NCBI GenBank assembly: GCA_951406725.2
Contig: OX597834.1
Coordinates: 310,001 to 374,000, forward strand
Length of the DNA stretch: 64,000 nt
Reading direction: 5' to 3'
Origin: Octopus vulgaris
Taxonomy: Eukaryota
Position 1 is the first letter of the stretch, and each line of letters begins with the position of its first letter. Both the position numbers and the translations under genes were made by a program. The notes under the pieces were generated by a model. It was given only the letters and a program-made list of their open reading frames with translations. It ran no database searches and had not been told where the DNA came from. Of this stretch, positions 56,818-64,000 are shown one piece after another.

Positions 56818-59800
56818 CCTGAGAGAAACAAACACACACCAAATAGAACACAGTCAACATACAACAACAACAGCAACAACAACAGCACCGACGACGACGA
56901 CGACGACAACAGCAACAGCAACAACAACAACAAGAAGAAGAAGACGAAGGAGGTGGAGACGACAGTGACTGGAACTATATCAGAAGACGGCTGACACAAC
57001 ACACAAGGAAAGCTGCACCAGCCACCGAATGCTGCTACATTGCTGTTGCACATTGTTGCAACCACGAGAAAGTGCAGCTTCACAAATCTTTTTCGTCACC
57101 ATTGTCACCTGTTGTTGTTGTTGTTGTTGCAGGTGCTTTCTTTTGTTGTAGAATTAAAAATAATAATAATAATATTGTTGTTGTTAGTGTTGTTTTGGTA
57201 GTAGAAGTAGTAGTAATGATAAAAACAATAATAATAATAATAAACAATAATAATAATGAATTTTTGTTGATATTGTTGTAAATCGTTTTTATATGTGTGT
57301 GTTGTTGTTGTTGTGATATCAAACTGGTGTTGTGATATTAGTACTGTTATGGTATCACATTTATTGTTGTTGTGATATCACTTGTTGCAAAATCAATGTT
57401 GTTGTTGTTGTTGTGATATATTATTGTTTTTGGTGTTGTTGTTCTCCTCTGCTATTTCCTTGTGGAATGATTGTAGTTTCTCCTGTGTTGTTGTTGTTGT
57501 AACTCCTCAAAAGATGTATTTTTCCCTCTCACTGTAGTTCCTTGACACACCTTACACATACTCCAGTGTGTATAACATATATATACATACGTGTATATAT
57601 AAATACTCCACTATACTGATATACTTATATACATACAACAATATCCCTATACATTTGTATATATATACATCCAAACAGTACATCAATACACGTATGTATG
57701 TCTATAGATACATATATACACTTATATGCATGTATATATATACATATACACACATACACACCGTCAACAACTTTAGCTCAGTTTTTCATTAGGCTTTTTA
57801 ACGTTTTTCTTCATTAAAAATATTTTGGAGGGATTTTCTTCTCTCTTTAAACGATTTTACGTAAGTTAATTCCACAATGTCATTGCTTTAGGAAAGTGAA
57901 AAATGTCGTCAGAAGAGACCAAATAGTAATAATTATTATTATTAACACTGTCTTCTCCTCTTTTTACTCCAATTTGCTTGTAAGTCCAGTTATAGCAAAG
58001 TGAGATATCCATGGGGTCAGGGAGGGGCCGGGAGGGGCGGGCGACGAGGTTTTATTACTAATATTTAAATAATAATAAATAATAATAATAATACTAATAA
58101 TAATATAACGCTAATAATAAATAACAAATGACGATATAATAATGATAATAATAGTAATTCAAATGATAAACTATAATACTAAAAAACGATGATACTAGAA
58201 ACACTACTAATAAATAATAAAGATTATGAAATAATTAAGAATGAATGAATCATTTGGATATGTGAGAAAGATAGATAGAAAGAGAGAGAGCTTGTGTGTG
58301 AGGGTTATTTGGAATATGGAATTGTGACAGAGAGAAGGAAGATGTGACAGAGTAATTGGATATTCTACAGATGTGACAGAGAAAAAGTAGAAAAAAAGGT
58401 GTAAGATTCAAATTTAATGAAGGAAAGATGTGACTAGCGGTTAGAAATAAATATAAAAATGATTTATTTGTCCTAATGCCACTCTGTAGATTCAGGTGGG
58501 TGTATATAGGTGTGTGTGTGCTTATAAGCTGGGTATTCTGCAGTATGACAGCAGAAACACATGAAATGAGGAGAAAAATCAAGTGTGTGTGTGAGGTTTA
58601 TTTTAATTAACGAAAAACCAAGGGAATTTCAGAGGAAATTACACACACACACACACATATACATACAGACACACACACACACGCACGCACGCATGCACAC
58701 ACATACATACATTCATTCATTCACCAGTCATTCATACATATGCATCACACATACACACATATATGTATGTAGGTATGTATGTATGTATGTATGTATGTAT
58801 GTAGGTAGGTATGTAGGTAGGTAGGTAGGTAGGTATGTGTGTGATCTACAGGTGAAGACCAAGGTAGAAATCTGTTCGTTGCGAACGAGAATGAGATAAA
58901 CAACGAAGGAAAAAAAGATTTCCTTATAAACGTCGATGTTGAATAAAAGAGAATAAAATAAAAAAAAAACAATGATTATTTTAAATGTAAAGAATGAATT
59001 CCTTAAATGTTGTCTGAATAATTAACAATCGAAAATATATTAGAGGTAAAAGTGGTTTGAAAAGGAAATCAGAGATTTTCTACGTTTTTCTCTGTCTGAG
59101 AATGTTTAGGAAACAGGTGTCCGTGAGATGGAACTGAAGAAACGAACGAAATACTTGGAGACAATTAACATTAAAATATAAAATAATTAAGGCATGCCAA
59201 TGTTAATTAAATTCTTTTCATTGATATTTTGTAAAATTTGTTAAAAAATACACAAAATAATCAACAAAAACGACTGAGTAACTGTTGTGATATTAGTAAT
59301 AAGAGGGTAAAAAACGGGGAGAGAGAGAAAGAGAGAGAGAAATAAATGACTTAACAGGGTGTCCATAAATATTTAGTCTGCGTGTCTCCCCAAAATGTGG
59401 TTGATATGTCTATAAGACATATTAAACTGGTGGAATGAGAACGGCAACTTTCCCCTGTACGTCCACCATAGCCAGTACTTGGAACCTACACTGAACCATC
59501 TGAGAGACTTAATGTATGAGTGGGGGGGGGTGCAAGTCTTCCTCTCTCTCTCTCTCTCTTTAGTCTTTAATAAACCATCTTTGTTACCCCCTCTCTCTAG
59601 CTCAATCTCTTTCTCTCTCTTATGGTATGTTACCCTTTATATACATGACTCTCTCTCTCTCTTCTTATGCTACTCCTTCGCTTTATAACCCTGTCTCTCT
59701 TTTTTGTTATCCTCTCTCTTTATATATCTCTCTTTCTGTTGCTGTGTTACCTCTATCTTTCTGGTTGTCTCACTTTTGTTATCTTACCCTCTCTATACGT

Positions 59801-59879
59801 ATCTCAGCCCCCCGTCTCCCTCTCTCTCTGCTTAAGTCGTTCCCCCCATGACCACTACCATCTCTCCCTCTTTGCTCTC

Positions 59880-60191
59880 CTTCTCTTTTCCAGTAAACCA
59901 ATGGAAAGCAGAGAGGAGCGCCATCCACATTAATGCGAGATGGAGAACGTTTCAACGATTGCTGACGTCAGGTGGAGGAGACAAGGTGCTCGCCGAATGA
60001 ATGGGAGAGGAAGAAGAAGAAGAGGAAGAAGAACGCACGGGGCTTGATGGCGAGACAGCGACAGATAAACGGAGAAGAAATCGCAGAGATGGATGGATGG
60101 CTGTGTTGAGTACTCCGATTGCGTGGAGAGATGATGATGATGTGAAGAAAAGATGGATTGAGAGTTACATAGCTCAGAAAATAGAGGGAAA

Positions 60192-60222
<31 letters not shown>

Positions 60223-60285
60223 GATTGATGGATGGATGAACACAGCTAAATGGATTATGTATGTATGTATGTATGTATGTATGTA

Positions 60286-60323
<38 letters not shown>

Positions 60324-60900
60324 CACGCGAACATACGTATGTTATGTATGTATATGTATGTTTGCGTGCATTCGTATGATTGTGTTTATGTGTGTGTTTG
60401 TATGAGCGTACGTACGTATGTGTGAGTGTCTATCTGCAAGAACGTATCTGCATGTGCGTGCGCGCGCGCGCGTGTATGTGTGTGTAGTGATCGCTATTTA
60501 GCTGGCTGTGTGTGACTTTATTAATAGATAGCTACGTAGAGAGGGGTATAAATGGAAAGCGAGAGATTATCACTTAAGTAGATGAAGTGAGGCGAGGAAG
60601 GAGAGAAATGAAAGCTAACAAGGAGAGTAAGGAGAGACAGATTGTGTTTATGGCGGAGAGCTGGCTGCTTGCTTTAACTGGTCGTCGTCATCGTCGTCTA
60701 TGGTTTTTACCTTAGAAGATGATTATTTTATCAACCCTGTTGTTGCTGCACCTGTGTGCATGCAGGGAGGATGCTGTTGGTGGTGGTGGTGGTGGTAGTG
60801 ACGGCGGCGGTGGCGGTGCAGTTGCATCGAGATATTGCAAGATGTGTAACGGAGAGAGAAGTGTTTAGAGAAAGGTGAGAGATGACGAAGTAAGGAACAG
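59880..60900 (-). promoter_or_regulatory. Candidate Cav2 promoter / non-coding first-exon region
   Basis: Locally more CpG and free of recognisable SINEs/LINEs. Contains the CRE palindrome TGACGTCA (59963-59970), CCAAT (59898-59902) and minus-strand donors AAG|GTAAAA (exon end 60711) and AGG|GTAAGA (exon end 59788). The first coding exon has an acceptor-like AG one base before ATG, implying an upstream exon. Confidence 0.4.
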
Positions 60901-61404
60901 TTAAAGCTTGCAGACTATGTATATATATATGTATATATACACACACACATTATATACATGTATTATATATAAAGAATGTCATTCAATCCATTTTCTATCA
61001 ATTATCTATATTTATCTTGTGTATGTATGTATGCATGTATGTATGTATGAGTGTAATAGTATTGAGACGTGTGTGTGAGGGGAGTTCACACTTGTCAGCT
61101 TCTGATGTGAAACAATGTATATGTGCGTATGGGTGTTATATATTTATAATATATACTGTATGGTGTGGTGTCTAACGCATATTATACAGTATATATGTAA
61201 TAAACATTATATAAATCGTATATATTTTACTCAATATAAGTATCACATAAAATATGTATAAATACACATATACATAATGAGTATATCTATCTATCTATCT
61301 ATCTATCTATTGTATATATGATATATACACTATATATAAGCACATGTAATAAGTATATATTTAATATTTATATGCGTATGTGTGTACATACACATACGTA
61401 TATA

Positions 61405-61449
<45 letters not shown>

Positions 61450-61589
61450 TACACATTTGTATATATCTATGTATATATAATATTTGTAAAAATATAATTT
61501 ATATTTTATATATACAAAAAATATAATTTATATATGTGTGTGTACGGGTGTGCGTGTGTCTATGTGTGTGCGTGCATATGTGTGCATGC

Positions 61590-61634
<45 letters not shown>

Positions 61635-62417
61635 AATCACTAATTTTTAAATGGTAATGGAAAGAATTTGTAAGAGAAAAAAATAATAGCTCGCAGCACA
61701 TGCAAACAGACTCTTGTTGCCAGAAAGCAAGAATATCTCTGTGAGTGTGGCAGAAGCAGTTTCTATGTTGAAGATGTTGCAAGACTTTTATGGAATTAGT
61801 ATGTTTTCTATTTATTTAGTTATTATTATTTAAATGCTGGTGATCTGTGGAATTGGTAGTGTGAGAAAATGGTTTTAGTTTTATCGTTTCCAGTTCTTTA
61901 CATCTTGAGTTCAAATTTCACCAACATAAGCTTAGGCTTTCATCCTCTTGGGGGTGAATAAAACAAAGTACCTCCCCCCACCCTGCCTGGGTAGTAAGCT
62001 GACAGAATTGTCTGAGGATTGGGACAAACACCATGTGACATATTTCAAGTTCAAATTTTGCTGAGGACAACTTTCTTCCTCTGGGGTTGATAAAATGAGT
62101 GACCTATAAAATAACTGGGGTCTTCTGCCCAAATCATAAAGTTGTTTTTTTCTTTTTAATGAACCTTATGACTCATGAGGGTCAGCTGTCCAGTTTCCAC
62201 AATATTCTTCTCTGAACTAGGATGATGCTCTATTGTACAATTCAAGGACAGCAGTTTTTGAGAGGAGGGGCAAGTCACTTATTTTATGTGCTGTGGTTTG
62301 CTGTGATGCTCTTATGATTACTGTATTGAAAGTGTTTTACATAGGATGTGTGCGGTTCCTAGTACTGCCATTGGCACTGCACACGTAAATTATTATTATT
62401 ATTTTTACAATTATCAT

Positions 62418-62464
<47 letters not shown>

Positions 62465-62479
62465 TTATTATTATTATTA

Positions 62480-63036
62480 TTGAGTGAGAGAGCAGTGCAT
62501 GCCATCAAAGTGACACTGGGGTACAATTATACGAAGCCCAGTATACCCATCATGACTACTCGTCTGATAAGGGTACAGCAGGAACATGTATCATAATCAC
62601 ATGTGCGTGACATAGTGATCTTATATCAAGATAAACAGTGCATGACCTTGCAGGTGGGGCCCAGTTAAAATTTACTTCAGGTTTAGTGGCCCATCCCGCT
62701 CAAGAGGTCCCTGAATATGGTTTGTTTAAGAACGATGAATGAAACACCCATGTTTCCAGAGGTGAATTATTCAAACCCCAAAGAATTCATCTCAACACAT
62801 GGCTACGATGCTCTTCCACTACTTCTGCTCACCATCAGAGATGCACATATCGTCAGCCAATAAGGGACATGCTCAACTGGTGAAGGTCAAAGAACTGACA
62901 AGCAAATCTGTGGGATTGAGCAGAATATTTGCTGTAGCCCATCTTTTATACCAAGACAAATCATGTACATGATAACACTTCCAATCAGTTAAGATCAGAA
63001 ACCATAACAGCCACTACCTGGTACTGTATCAGGGCA
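62480..63036 (-). mobile_element. About 550-bp interspersed repeat with (TAA)n tail, copy 2
   Basis: Colinear with 16912-17452; adjacent to a (TTA)n/(CTA)n microsatellite. Confidence 0.85.
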
Positions 63037-63043
63037 TTTATTA

Positions 63044-63830
63044 CACTGGGGAACATTAAAAAAAAAATTTTTTTCTTGCTTTTTAAAATTAATCCTATCT
63101 AATTTGATGGTTTTGGTTTCAGAAATGCCCCCAGAAATTTCCTATCATGTCAAGTTTTTTGTTGAACAGGAATTCATTTTTTTTACCAAAAAATATCAAT
63201 TTTGTCATTAAATACTGTAATAAGAAACTAACACAAACCAAATAGTACTTTTTATTGTTTAACAGACACAAAACGTTTAATTACACCTCTTAGAATAAAT
63301 ATTTCTGTCAAACTGGGGTTTGAACTTCTCAAGGAAAGAACTTTCTCTTTGTAACATTATGAGAATAAATTGCATCATGACAGCTTCTTTACGATGACCT
63401 GCAGTAGACAGCACCCTGTTGGTGTTGAACCTGCCCTGATACCTAGTCCCCATGTTCTCGATGTCTTGGTGGAATCTTTTTCCTTGCTCATCACTTATTG
63501 CCTTAGGATTTTCAAGCAAGTAGTCCAGATGACTTGTGCAGGAAATGCACATTTACACTCAGGTTGCAACCCAGTGCTCGAAAACTAGTTAACAGGGTCT
63601 GCACAAGATCTTCATAATTTGATGGCTTCCTGTTTCTCAGGAAATCAAGTACAACTGCAACAAAAGCATTCCCTGCTTCTTTTTCAATGCCAGACATGGT
63701 CTCCAAAAGTAGCTCGTCCTGTGATAGTCCCCTAATATGTGGCCCATCAAACACACCAACCTTATTTTTCTCACAAGACAAAGCTGGAAACTTTCTGCTT
63801 AAGCATTTGAAGCAGTCACTGCCTCAGTGT
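63044..63830 (-). mobile_element. DNA transposon relic, Chapaev/CMC-like transposase C-terminus with one terminus
   Basis: Frameshifted translation GVFDGPHIRGL...LGCNLSVNVHFLH/SHLDYLLENPKAISDEQGKRFHQDIENMGTRYQGRF. The terminus begins TTA|CACTGGG at 63044. Family assignment is from memory of the motif. Confidence 0.65.
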
Positions 63831-64000
63831 TTCAACACAGGTTTTGCCCACAATATGGGCTGCCCAGGCTTTGTCTTGTCACCCAGTTTCATCCTAAAGT
63901 AAAGAAGTGAGGTAAGCTTTTTTCACAAAATCTGTGATTTTGTTTCACTGCCTAATCCAGAAATAAGCAGAGGACATCAGAACTGTTTTGACATTCTCTT

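Noticed and set aside
59352-59540. CAGGGTGTCC as a Tc1/mariner terminus
   Set aside because: No matching opposite terminus or transposase sequence found.

Overview
AT-rich, microsatellite- and transposon-dense animal genomic DNA, most consistent with an octopus (coleoid cephalopod). The window holds the 5' end of one host gene on the minus strand, a Cav2-type voltage-gated calcium channel alpha-1 subunit (cacophony/CACNA1A-B-E family). Only two coding exons are present: 56624-56817 (N-terminus ending ...KIIIEW-G) and 199-304 (PFEY..., IS1). They are joined by a 56,319-nt U12-type (minor spliceosome) AT-AC intron with a canonical ATATCCTTT donor, TTCCTTAAC branch site and AC acceptor, so about 88% of the window is one minor-class intron. 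The intron contains a full-length but disabled mariner element, RTE LINE relics, many tRNA-derived SINEs, and a 2-kb ORF1-only zinc-knuckle retroelement inserted into a SINE with a target-site duplication. It also holds Penelope-like fragments with hammerhead ribozyme motifs (one with an intact core on the pre-mRNA strand) and several long fold-back inverted repeats. Nearly all other ORFs in the supplied track are microsatellite or repeat artefacts. All calls were made by eye; no database search was run.
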